Shown: positions 9,017 through 17,865, counted from the first letter of the stretch. The stretch: DNA of 64,000 nt from Pseudomonadota bacterium (GCA_049322875.1 JBMOQM010000056.1:5997-69996); one strand, 5' to 3'. Notes: generated from the letters alone by a model not told the origin. Numbers and translations: made by a program.

Positions 9017-10636
9017 ATGTCCATGCCATCTGCTGTTCCACATCCCCAGGTGCTCGTCGTCGGGCTGGGCCCGGTCGGGGCCACCATCTGCAACCTGCTC
9101 GGACGCCAGGGCATCCGCACCCTGGCCATCGACCGGGCCACCGAGGTGTTTGCCGCGCCACGCGCCATCGCGCTGGACAACGAGGCGCTGCGCATCCTGC
9201 AGATGTGCGGCCTGCAAGAGGGGGATTTCGACACCATCGCCATCCCTCATGTGCGCATGCATTCGCCCTTCTTCGGGCAGTTCGCCATGGCCAATGCCTT
9301 CGGGCCGCAAGACGGGCATCCCAAGCTGGTGACCTTCTTCCAGCCCGAGCTCGAAGCCGTGCTGCGGCAGCGCCTGCAGGATCACGCCAGCGTGCAGGTG
9401 CGGCTGGGCACGACGCTGACGGGCCTGCGGCAGGATGCCGATGGCGCCTGGGCCGAACTGGGTATCGGGGGCGTGGCCTGCACCGTGCGGGCCGACTACG
9501 TGATCGCGGCCGATGGTGCCAACTCCACCGTGCGCCAACTGCTGGGCCAGCGCTTCGAGGGGCAGACCTTTCCTGAGGATTGGCTGGTCGTGGACGCGAA
9601 GAAGGTGCCCAAGCCCATCGACCACGTCGAGTTTCTGTGCAGCCACCAGAGGCCCGTGCCGCACATGGTGGCGCCCGGTGACCGGCAACGCTGGGAGTTC
9701 AAGCTGCGGCGCGGCGAGACGCGCGAACAGATGGAGCGGCCGGACACCATCCGCGAATTGCTGGCCCCCTGGGGCACGCCGGAAGAGATCGACATCGAGC
9801 GCGTGGCGGTCTACCGCTTCCATGCGCGCATCACCGAATCCTTCTCATCGGGGCGCGTTTTCCTGGCGGGCGATGCGGCCCATATCACGCCGCCCTTTGT
9901 GGGGCAGGGATTGGTGGCCGGTCTGCGCGACGCGGGCAATCTGTGCTGGAAGCTGGCCTGGGTGCTCAAGGGCCATGCGGCGCCGGGCATCCTGTCGACC
10001 TACAACCAGGAGCGCCGCCCGCACGTGGTGGCCATGGTGCGCCTGGCCACCTTCATGGGGCGGCTGGTGATGCCGGGCACGGCGTTGGGCGCGTGGGTCA
10101 CGCACGGGTTGATGTCGATGCTGCGCCTGGTGCCGCGCCTGCGCCGCCTGCTGGAGGAGTTGGAGATCAAGCCTGTGCACTGCTTCAAGCACGGGTTGTT
10201 CGCGACAGGCGGTGCGTCACGCCTTCGCCGTGGTGGGCTGTTCGCGCAGGGCTGGGTGCGAAAGGGGTTGGGCGATGCGCCCGTGCTCAGCGATGCCGTG
10301 CTGGGCGAGCACATGACGGTGATCGGCTTCGGCGTGGACCCGACGCGCCATCTGGATGCAGGCCTCGCTGACCAATGGCTGCGCGCGGGTGGTCGGTTCG
10401 TGCAGATCGATCCACGGGGCCGCGCGTGTACGCCTTCGTCCTGCGAGCGCTGGGAGGATGTCAGCGGCGACCTGATGCCGCGCTATGCCCCCATGGACTG
10501 GCTCGCCATCGTGCGGCCGGACCGCGCGGTGATCCACGACGGCCCGGCGCCCTGCGCGGCGCGCCTGATCCGCGAAACGCTGGACCTGTTGACCCCCTCG
10601 CGCAGCCGTCCCCAATGGCAGTTGCTGCGCAACTGA
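9017..10636 (+). CDS. FAD-dependent aromatic hydroxylase, MhpA-like (paralog 2)
   Basis: VVGLGPVG, AADGANS, LAGDAAHITPPFVGQG, IVRPD. Start is 9017 or 9023; the upstream ATGs lie in the promoter region. Confidence 0.88.
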   Translation: MSMPSAVPHPQVLVVGLGPVGATICNLLGRQGIRTLAIDRATEVFAAPRAIALDNEALRILQMCGLQEGDFDTIAIPHVRMHSPFFGQFAMANAFGPQDGHPKLVTFFQPELEAVLRQRLQDHASVQVRLGTTLTGLRQDADGAWAELGIGGVACTVRADYVIAADGANSTVRQLLGQRFEGQTFPEDWLVVDAKKVPKPIDHVEFLCSHQRPVPHMVAPGDRQRWEFKLRRGETREQMERPDTIRELLAPWGTPEEIDIERVAVYRFHARITESFSSGRVFLAGDAAHITPPFVGQGLVAGLRDAGNLCWKLAWVLKGHAAPGILSTYNQERRPHVVAMVRLATFMGRLVMPGTALGAWVTHGLMSMLRLVPRLRRLLEELEIKPVHCFKHGLFATGGASRLRRGGLFAQGWVRKGLGDAPVLSDAVLGEHMTVIGFGVDPTRHLDAGLADQWLRAGGRFVQIDPRGRACTPSSCERWEDVSGDLMPRYAPMDWLAIVRPDRAVIHDGPAPCAARLIRETLDLLTPSRSRPQWQLLRN

Positions 10637-10665
10637 TTCGATCACCCGATCCCGCAGGCTTTCCC

Positions 10666-11742
10666 ATGACTTTGCTCACCACCCCACAACCCGCGCGCCA
10701 CGCCAGCCCCACCGTCAAGGCGCGGCGCCTGGCCTACCTGATGTTCGAGCGCCCCGATCTGGACCGGGCGGAAACCTTCCTGCAGGATTTCGGCCTGCGC
10801 ACGGCGCACAAGAGCGCATCGACGCTGTTCATGCGCGCGGCCGATGCCTCGCCGTTCTGCTACCGTATCGAGCGAGGGCGCAAGGCCGCCTTCATGGGCT
10901 TCGGCCTGGAGGTGGGCAGCAGAGAAGACCTGTTGCGCCTGTCCACATTGCAACCCGGTGCGAGCCTCCAGAAGGCCCAAGGCCCAGGTGGTGGTGAACT
11001 GCTGCGCCTGGCCGATCCATCGGGCTTCGCCGTCGAAGCCGTGCATGGCCAGGCACGCGGCGCGCCATTGACACCTCACCGCGGGCTGTTGCCCTGGAAC
11101 CTGGGTGACCAGCACCCACGCGTCAACGACACGCAGCGCCCGCCCGCTGTGCCGCCCGATGTGCTCAAGCTTGGCCATGTGGTGCTGGAGGTGGCCGATT
11201 TCCAGGCCACCTGCGCCTGGTACACGCGGCACTTCGGCTTCATTCCCAGCGATGTGCAGGTGCTGCCCGATGGCTCGCCCGCCGTGACCTTCCTGCGGCT
11301 GGACCTGGGCGACACGCCGGCCGACCACCACACGCTGGCACTGGCCCAGGGCTTCATGCCCACCTACAGCCACAGCGCCTTCGAGGTGCTGGACACCGAC
11401 GCCGTGGGCATGGGCCAGCGCGTGCTGCGCGAGCGCGGCTGGCGACATGCCTGGGGCATGGGGCGGCACATCCTGGGCAGCCAGGTGTTCGACTACTGGC
11501 AGGACCCCTGGGGCGACAAGCACGAGCACTACTGCGATGGTGACCTGTTCACGGCCGACCTGCGCACCGGTGTCTTCCCGGTCAGCCGCGAAGCCATGTC
11601 GCAATGGGGGCCGCCCATGCCGGCCAGCTTCACCAAGCCCAGCCTGTCGCCCGCCAACCTCAAGGCGATGTGGCGCAGTCTGCGACGCAGCCCGGATGTC
11701 ACCGTGGCCAAGCTGGTGCAACTGGCCCGGCTGTTCGCCTGA
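10666..11742 (+). CDS. VOC-family ring-cleavage dioxygenase (trihydroxy-aromatic oxygenase, DntD/HcdB-like)
   Basis: LAYLMFERPDL, KLGHVVLEV, DHHTLAL, SHSAFEV, WGMGRHILGSQVFDYWQDPWGDKHEHYCDGD. Confidence 0.8.
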   Translation: MTLLTTPQPARHASPTVKARRLAYLMFERPDLDRAETFLQDFGLRTAHKSASTLFMRAADASPFCYRIERGRKAAFMGFGLEVGSREDLLRLSTLQPGASLQKAQGPGGGELLRLADPSGFAVEAVHGQARGAPLTPHRGLLPWNLGDQHPRVNDTQRPPAVPPDVLKLGHVVLEVADFQATCAWYTRHFGFIPSDVQVLPDGSPAVTFLRLDLGDTPADHHTLALAQGFMPTYSHSAFEVLDTDAVGMGQRVLRERGWRHAWGMGRHILGSQVFDYWQDPWGDKHEHYCDGDLFTADLRTGVFPVSREAMSQWGPPMPASFTKPSLSPANLKAMWRSLRRSPDVTVAKLVQLARLFA

Positions 11743-11783
11743 TCCGCCTTCTTTCATCTTCCACCGTATACAAGGCACATGCC

Positions 11784-12740
11784 ATGGCCATTCACGTCGT
11801 TCGTTATTCGCACCAGGGGCAGACCCGCTGGGGCGTGCTCGATCAGGGACGCATCGCACCCATCGATGGCGATTACGCCACCACCGCCGATCTGGTGCGC
11901 GCGCACAGCGCCACCTCGCTGGCCGGCCACCTCGGGCACGGCGGTATCGATCTGGCCGCGGTGCGCGTGCTCTCACCGGTCACCAGCAACCAGCAGTTCG
12001 TCTGCCAGGGCGCCAACTACCGCCAGCACATGATCGAGTCGGGCATGGACCCCGATGCCAAGCACTTCAACATGATCTTCACCAAGGCTTCGAGTTGCAT
12101 CGTGCCAGCCGACAGCCCCGTGGTACGGCCTGCCCATGTGCGTTTCCTGGACTACGAGATCGAGCTGGGCCTGGTGATCAAGCGCGACATCACCACACCG
12201 GTGAAGGTGACGGACGTGAACCTGCACGAGTTCATCGCCGGCGTGGTCATCGTCAACGACTACTCCGCGCGCGATGTGCAGATCCCGCAGATGCAGTTCT
12301 ACAAGGGCAAGAGCTACCGCACCTTCGGGCCGGTGGGCCCCGTGCTGTGTCTGCTCGCGCCTCAGGAGATGCACTACCTGTCCAAGCTGAACCTCACGCT
12401 CAAGGTCAATGGTGGCGTGCGCCAGCAAGACAGCACCGCGAACCTGGTGCACCGCCCGCCCGAGACGTTGACCGAGTTGTCCGGCGTGCACGACCTGTTC
12501 GGCGGCGACTTGATTGCCACAGGCACGCCCTCGGGCTGCGCACTGTCGATTCCCTCGCCATTCAAGCAGCGCATCGGCGCGCTGTTGCCCGAGAAAAAGA
12601 AGTGGGAGATCTTCATGAAGGTGCAGGCCCAGCGTGCGCAATACCTCAAGCCGGGCGATGTCGTCGAGGCCGAGATCCGCAGCGCCGATGGCGTGGTGCA
12701 ACTGGGCGTGCAGCGCAACGTCGTGCAGGAGCAGGCATGA
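11784..12740 (+). CDS. Fumarylacetoacetate-hydrolase family protein
   Basis: CQGANY, IFTKASS, LDYEIELGLVI, VNDYSARD, KGKSYRTFGPVGP, GDLIATGTPSG. Confidence 0.9.
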   Translation: MAIHVVRYSHQGQTRWGVLDQGRIAPIDGDYATTADLVRAHSATSLAGHLGHGGIDLAAVRVLSPVTSNQQFVCQGANYRQHMIESGMDPDAKHFNMIFTKASSCIVPADSPVVRPAHVRFLDYEIELGLVIKRDITTPVKVTDVNLHEFIAGVVIVNDYSARDVQIPQMQFYKGKSYRTFGPVGPVLCLLAPQEMHYLSKLNLTLKVNGGVRQQDSTANLVHRPPETLTELSGVHDLFGGDLIATGTPSGCALSIPSPFKQRIGALLPEKKKWEIFMKVQAQRAQYLKPGDVVEAEIRSADGVVQLGVQRNVVQEQA

Positions 12741-14752
12741 GCCGCGGCATTGCCTCCATGGCCGATGTGCTGGCGTTGGAAGCCGCTGGCATGCCTGATC
12801 TGCCCGCCAGCACCTACGAGATGATCGGGCGCAGCGCGAAGGCGCATCCGGAACGGCCTGCGCTTTCGTTCTTCCTGCGCACGCAGGACCATGCCCGGCC
12901 CGAAGTGTGGTCCTACCGTCGCTTCTTCGAGCGCATCACCCAGGCCGCGAACCTCTTCCATGGTCTGGGCATCGGGCCGAACGATGTGGTGGCCTTCGTG
13001 CTGCCCAGCCTGCCTGAAACGCACTTCACGATCTGGGGCGGGCAGGCCGCCGGCATCGCTTACGCCGTCAACCCCTTGCTGGAGCCGCAGGCCATCGCCG
13101 ATCTGCTGGTGGCTGGTGGCGCGACGGTGCTGGTCACGCTGGCACCGTTTCCCGGTACCGATCTGTGGTGCAGGCTGCAGGGCGTCCTGCACCAGGTGCC
13201 CGCGCTTCGGCACGTGGTGCTGGTCAACCTGGCCGACCGGGTGCGGGGCCCGAAGAAACTGGCCGCGCGCTGGCTGCAGCGGCGTGAAACACGACGCCTG
13301 CATGGCCGATCGGGGCTGGCCGGTGCCGTGCCGGACTGGGTGCATTTGCACGACTTCAACAAGGCGCTGAGGCGGCAACCCGCCGACAGACTCGTCAGCG
13401 GCCGCGTCATCCAGCCCGACGATCTTTCGTCCTACTTCTGTACGGGTGGCACCACCGGCCTGCCCAAGATCGCGATGCGACGGCACCGCAACGAAGTGGC
13501 CAATGCGTGGAGCGCCGCGCAGTTCCTGGGCGATGGCATCAGCACAGACAAGAACATTTTCTGTGGCCTGCCGCTGTTCCACGTCAACGCCGCGATGGTG
13601 ACTGGCCTCACGCCGTTCTCACGCGGCGCGCACGTGATCCTGGGCACGCCCCAGGGCTACCGGGGCGAAGGGGTGGTGCCCAGGTTCTGGGAGCTGGTGC
13701 ATCGCCACCACATCCATTTCTTCAGCGGCGTGCCTACGCTCTACGCCACGCTGATGCAATACCCCACCGAGGGGCACGACATCAGCAGCCTGGAGTACGG
13801 CCTGTGCGGTGCCGCGCCCATGCCGGTGGAGCTGATGAACACCTTCCAGGAGCGCACCGGGCTCAAGATTCTGGAGGGTTACGGCCTTACCGAAGGCACC
13901 TGCGTGAGCTCCACCAATCCACCGTTGGGTGATCGCAGGCTGGGCTCCATCGGCATTCGTCTGCCCTTGCAGCGCATGAAGACCGTGCTGCTGGACGACC
14001 AGGGCGCCTATGTGCGTGACTGCGATCCTGGCGAGGTCGGGACCATCCTGATCGAAGGCGCCAACGTATTCGCTGGCTACAAGGAGGCCGCGCACAACCA
14101 GGGCCTGTGGGTGGGGCTGCCGGATGGGCAATGCTGGCTCAACACCGGCGATCTGGGGCGCATGGACGAGCAGGGCTACTTCTACCTCACGGGCCGCAAG
14201 AAGGAGTTGATCATCCGGGGCGGTCACAACATCGACCCGGCCAGCATCGAAGAGCCCTTGCACAAGCATCCGGCGGTGCAACTGGCCGCGGCCATCGGTT
14301 GGCCGGACGAGCATGCGGGTGAGTTGCCCGTGGCCTATGTGCAGCTCAAGCCCGGGGCATCAGCCACCGAGGCCGAACTGCTGGACTTCGCCCAACGCCA
14401 CATCACCGAACGCGCGGCGCTGCCCAAGGCCATTCGCGTGATCGAGCAGATGCCGCTCACGGGCGTCGGCAAGATCTTCAAGCCGGCGCTCAAGGAGCAG
14501 GCGTGCCATGAGGCGCTTAGCCAGGCGTTGAGAAGGGCGGGCATTGACGCGCCAATGCTGTCCGTGAGCCAGCACCCGAAGTTTGGCCTCTTTGTGCAGC
14601 TCACCGTGCACGATGCCTCTGTGGAGGAGGCGCGGGCTGTTCTTGGGCGCTTTCCGTTTCAGTTCGCGATCGAACCGCTTGGTGTTCTGGTGGACCGAAG
14701 GAGGATCGAACTCCCGACCTCTGCATTGCGAACGCAGCGCTCTCCCAACTGA
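12737..14752 (+). CDS. Acyl-CoA synthetase (AMP-forming); the last ~21 codons are antisense to tRNA-Ala
   Basis: FCTGGTTGLPK AMP-binding loop, EGYGLTE, NTGDLG, GRKKELIIRGG, GVGKIFK; ATG 12737 overlaps the FAH stop (ATGA). Confidence 0.9.
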   Translation: MSRGIASMADVLALEAAGMPDLPASTYEMIGRSAKAHPERPALSFFLRTQDHARPEVWSYRRFFERITQAANLFHGLGIGPNDVVAFVLPSLPETHFTIWGGQAAGIAYAVNPLLEPQAIADLLVAGGATVLVTLAPFPGTDLWCRLQGVLHQVPALRHVVLVNLADRVRGPKKLAARWLQRRETRRLHGRSGLAGAVPDWVHLHDFNKALRRQPADRLVSGRVIQPDDLSSYFCTGGTTGLPKIAMRRHRNEVANAWSAAQFLGDGISTDKNIFCGLPLFHVNAAMVTGLTPFSRGAHVILGTPQGYRGEGVVPRFWELVHRHHIHFFSGVPTLYATLMQYPTEGHDISSLEYGLCGAAPMPVELMNTFQERTGLKILEGYGLTEGTCVSSTNPPLGDRRLGSIGIRLPLQRMKTVLLDDQGAYVRDCDPGEVGTILIEGANVFAGYKEAAHNQGLWVGLPDGQCWLNTGDLGRMDEQGYFYLTGRKKELIIRGGHNIDPASIEEPLHKHPAVQLAAAIGWPDEHAGELPVAYVQLKPGASATEAELLDFAQRHITERAALPKAIRVIEQMPLTGVGKIFKPALKEQACHEALSQALRRAGIDAPMLSVSQHPKFGLFVQLTVHDASVEEARAVLGRFPFQFAIEPLGVLVDRRRIELPTSALRTQRSPN

Positions 14753-14763
14753 GCTATCGGCCC
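14688..14763 (-). tRNA. tRNA-Ala (anticodon CGC)
   Basis: 76 nt GGGCCGATAGCTCAGTTGGGAGAGCGCTGCGTTCGCAATGCAGAGGTCGGGAGTTCGATCCTCCTTCGGTCCACCA; full cloverleaf, G3-U70 alanine determinant, encoded CCA. Confidence 0.97.
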
Positions 14764-14772
14764 GTTCGCACC

Positions 14773-14781
14773 AGTCTAGCA
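14773..14781 (-). promoter_or_regulatory. Extended -10 element for tRNA-Ala
   Basis: TGC-TAGACT on the minus strand, 9 nt upstream of the mature tRNA 5' end. Confidence 0.5.
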
Positions 14782-14821
14782 AAAACAGCAGGCCTGCCAG
14801 GGCGCCTGTTCTTGGCGTGGA

Positions 14822-15715
14822 TCAAGCCTTGCCCTGGCGGTGCTGCAGTTCCTTGAACAGCGCCGCCTGGTCCAGCTCGGCAAACCCGTGATCGGCCGCA
14901 GATGCGTACAGCGCCGTCAGTGCATCGGTGATGGGCGCGTCGAAGTCCATGCCTTGCGCGGTGTGCAGCGCATTGCGCATGTCCTTGAGCTGGATGGCCA
15001 GGGCCCCGCGTTTGGCGAAATCGCCTTGCACCATGCGCTGCCCGTGCACTTCCAGGATCCGGCTTTCGGCGAAGCCGCCACGCAGGGCTTCACGCACCTT
15101 GGCTGGGTCGGCACCGCCGCGCTCTGCCAGCAACAAGGCCTCGGCCACTGCACCGATGGTGATGCCCACGATCATCTGGTTGGCCAGCTTGGCCAGTTGC
15201 CCGCTGCCGGCCGGGCCCACGTGCACGGGCCGGCCCATGACCTGCAAGGTCTCACGGGCGCGTTCCACATCGGCGGCCTCACCGCCAGCCATGATGGCCA
15301 GGGTGCCGGCCTCCGCCCCCAGGGTGCCTCCGGACACCGGTGCGTCCAGCGCGGCGCAGCCCATGGTCGCCAGGCGCTGGGCATGGTCACGCGCCTGCTC
15401 CGGCAGGATGGAGCTCATGTCGACCACCAGGGTGCCGGGCTGCAGGCCGGCCGCGGCCGCCTCCTGCGCGGGCAGGCCAGGGCCGCCGAACAGCACCTCG
15501 GCCACCACGCCGCCGTGCTCCAGCATGGTGATGACGATGTCCGCATCGGCCACGGCCTGGGCCGGGGTGTTGGCGATCCGGGCGCCGGTGTCGGCCAGCG
15601 CTTCGGCCTTGGCCCGTGTCCGGTTCCACAAAGTCAAGGGAAAACCCGCTGTCGCCAGGCGCCGCGCCATGGGCGCACCCATCAAGCCGCAGCCCAGCAG
15701 GCTGATTCGTCGCAT
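14822..15715 (-). CDS. NAD(P)-dependent beta-hydroxyacid dehydrogenase (GlxR/GarR/3-hydroxyisobutyrate dehydrogenase family)
   Basis: LLGCGLMG Rossmann motif, DAPVSGG, GSGQLAKLANQ. Confidence 0.9.
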   Translation of the reverse strand: MRRISLLGCGLMGAPMARRLATAGFPLTLWNRTRAKAEALADTGARIANTPAQAVADADIVITMLEHGGVVAEVLFGGPGLPAQEAAAAGLQPGTLVVDMSSILPEQARDHAQRLATMGCAALDAPVSGGTLGAEAGTLAIMAGGEAADVERARETLQVMGRPVHVGPAGSGQLAKLANQMIVGITIGAVAEALLLAERGGADPAKVREALRGGFAESRILEVHGQRMVQGDFAKRGALAIQLKDMRNALHTAQGMDFDAPITDALTALYASAADHGFAELDQAALFKELQHRQGKA

Positions 15716-15875
15716 CTTGAAACTCGCTAATCCGCTCATTGATGAGCAAAATGTCCGTCAAACGAGGCAAAGGCCATGTTGATCCCTTGTTTGAAGGACA
15801 GCCGCTGCCTTGAATTTGCGCCAACATAGCGCATGTTCGGGATTTTCGCTCCCCCCGGTTGAGACAACGACAGCA

Positions 15876-16880
15876 ATGAACGACATGGCCGATTCTCTCG
15901 CGACGGTGGCCCCGCGACTGAACGGGCTGGAGGACGCCTTGGTCCACAGCCTGGAGCAGTTGGGCGCGGGCGTGCTGATCAAGCACCTGGGCACCGGCCG
16001 CTATGAATACGCCAGTGCTGCCGCTCGCGCCCTGTGGGTCGGGGCACGTGATCCCCTGGGCGCAACGGATGCCGAGCTGTTCGATGCCGTGCAGGCCGTG
16101 GCCCTGCGCGCCGCCGATCAGCAGGCCGTGGCCCTGACCAATGGTTTTGCCGCCGAGCACCGCCTGGAGCGCCAGGGCGAGCGCCGTGAATACCTGGTGT
16201 GGCGTCAGGCCCTGCGTGATGAATCAGGTCAGCCCTCTCGCGTGCTGAGCAGCTGGCAGGACATCACCGAGCAGCGCAAGCGCGAGCAGCAGTTGCAGGC
16301 GGCGTTCAAGCAGCTCGAGCAGCAGCAACTGGCCAACGCCGAACTGCGCCGCGAGATGCAGGACAACCAGGTCCGCGACAACGTGTCGGGCCTGTACCAC
16401 CGCGCCCACTTCGAAGAGCAACTGCGCCGCGAGGCTGATCTGTCCAGCCGCGAGCAGCGCGAGTTTGCCATCGTGTCCGTGTCGGTTGATGGCATGGACG
16501 AGATCCGCCAGACCTACGGGGCAGACAGCTGCGAGCGCGTGGTCGAGGCCCTGGGCCGCCTGCTGCGCGCCAATACCCGCGCGATGGATTCCCCCTGCCG
16601 CCTGGGTGGTGACCGCTTCGTGGTGCTCTTGTCGGGCGTGGGCCTGGCCACGGCGCACTCGCGCATGGAGCACCTGCGCAAGCAGTGCTCGCAGCACATC
16701 GTGGCCGACAACGGCCAGCAGATCCCCTTCACCGTCAGCATGGGCATCGCCAGCTTCCCGCACACGGCCGGCTCGGTCGAAGAGCTGATGCGCAGCGCCG
16801 ACCGCGCCATGGGCATCTCGCGCGAGAAGGGCGGCAACCACCTCACGCTGGCCAGCATCCAGTTCGTGCCCGCGGGCTGA
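15876..16880 (+). CDS. PAS-like + coiled-coil + degenerate GGDEF protein
   Basis: DNVSGLYHR, RAMD I-site, GGDRF in place of GG(D/E)EF, FTVSMGIA, ADRAM..S.EKGGN. Confidence 0.85.
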   Translation: MNDMADSLATVAPRLNGLEDALVHSLEQLGAGVLIKHLGTGRYEYASAAARALWVGARDPLGATDAELFDAVQAVALRAADQQAVALTNGFAAEHRLERQGERREYLVWRQALRDESGQPSRVLSSWQDITEQRKREQQLQAAFKQLEQQQLANAELRREMQDNQVRDNVSGLYHRAHFEEQLRREADLSSREQREFAIVSVSVDGMDEIRQTYGADSCERVVEALGRLLRANTRAMDSPCRLGGDRFVVLLSGVGLATAHSRMEHLRKQCSQHIVADNGQQIPFTVSMGIASFPHTAGSVEELMRSADRAMGISREKGGNHLTLASIQFVPAG

Positions 16881-16924
16881 ACTGAATCACCTGGCTGCTG
16901 CCGCTTCAGCGCGCGGCGCCCAAG

Positions 16925-16964
16925 AAAAAACCGGCACGGGCTTCAAAGCACCGGCCGGTTTTTT
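16925..16964. terminator. Bidirectional intrinsic terminator between the GGDEF gene and 6S RNA
   Basis: AAAAAACCGGC...GCCGGTTTTTT hairpin with T tracts on both strands. Confidence 0.75.
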
Positions 16965-16972
16965 GTGGAATA

Positions 16973-17152
16973 GGTGTCCGCCGCGAACCAGTCACCGCAC
17001 TCCTGAACCCAGGGGATTCAGGTGGGCGAGGTCAGCTTGACTTCGGGTTCATCTGACGCGAGACGATCGCACCAGCCAAGCAATGTTCCAGGCCCTGGCT
17101 CAATGAGCATCGGTTCAAGGAAATATTGGCTTCCGCGAACGCGACGAACACC
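16973..17152 (-). ncRNA. ssrS: 6S RNA
   Basis: ~180 nt downstream of zapA; terminal stem GGTGTTCGTCGCG/CGCGGCGGACACC; internal ATTTCCTTGAACC...GGTTCAGGA pairing; TACAAT -10 at 17156-17161. Confidence 0.88.
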
Positions 17153-17244
17153 TTCATTGTAGGCCCGAGCCCTGAACCGCAAACCCTAAGCTGCGTGTGG
17201 CTTGCGGGTTTAGTTGACAGATCGACAACAGAAGCGCTGCGGGT

Positions 17245-17577
17245 TTACAGCAGGTGTCCGTCGTCGTTGAGCGTGGCGTCCAGCCGTGTGATCAGGGTGT
17301 CCAGATATTCCTTGGACACGGCGTTGTCGCCGGATTGGGCGGGCGCTTCTGCGGAGGGCGTGGCGGCGCTGGGGGCCGGCATCGAGGCCAGCTCGTAGGC
17401 CAGGTTCAGGGCGGCCAGCACGGCGATGCGCTCGCGCGCTTTGAGCTTGCCGGCGTCGCGAATGGCACACATCTCGCGGTCCACGTGGCTGACGGCCTGG
17501 CGCAGTTGCGGCTCGCCGCCGTCGGGACAGCCCAGCAGGTAGCTCTGCCCCATGATGGAGACTTCGATCTGTTTCAT
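17245..17577 (-). CDS. zapA: Cell division protein ZapA
   Basis: IEVSIMGQSYLLGCP..L..AV..VD.EM..I..ERIAVLAALNLA; followed by 6S RNA. Confidence 0.92.
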   Translation of the reverse strand: MKQIEVSIMGQSYLLGCPDGGEPQLRQAVSHVDREMCAIRDAGKLKARERIAVLAALNLAYELASMPAPSAATPSAEAPAQSGDNAVSKEYLDTLITRLDATLNDDGHLL

Positions 17578-17816
17578 GCGCGGTCGTCAGGCGGGAGCTC
17601 GTCGTCCTCGCCGGCAGTGGCCGAGGCGGGGGCGGGCAGTTTGTCGATCAGGGTGTCGATGCGGGCACGAGCGGCCGACAGGCGCGCGCGCAGCGAATCA
17701 CGCTCTTGCGTGGTCACCTGCAGTTGCTGCTGCAGCAGGGCGTTGGTGCGCTGCAGTTCCTCGTGGCGCAGCAGCAGGCGCTCGACGCGGTCGGTCAGGT
17801 CTTCGATCCTGGACAT
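17574..17816 (-). CDS. ZapB-like / DUF904 coiled-coil protein
   Basis: 80 aa heptad-rich sequence; stop overlaps the zapA start. Confidence 0.75.
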   Translation of the reverse strand: MSRIEDLTDRVERLLLRHEELQRTNALLQQQLQVTTQERDSLRARLSAARARIDTLIDKLPAPASATAGEDDELPPDDRA

Positions 17817-17865
17817 GAGGGTGGGCCCTCGCTCCCATGGTGGCCTCTGCGGAGGCGGAACCCGG

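Noticed and set aside
11447-12736. Apparent 430-aa N-terminal extension giving a 1101-aa acyl-CoA ligase
   Set aside because: Overlaps the VOC and FAH genes in other frames; ligase similarity begins at ATG 12737 with an ATGA coupling.
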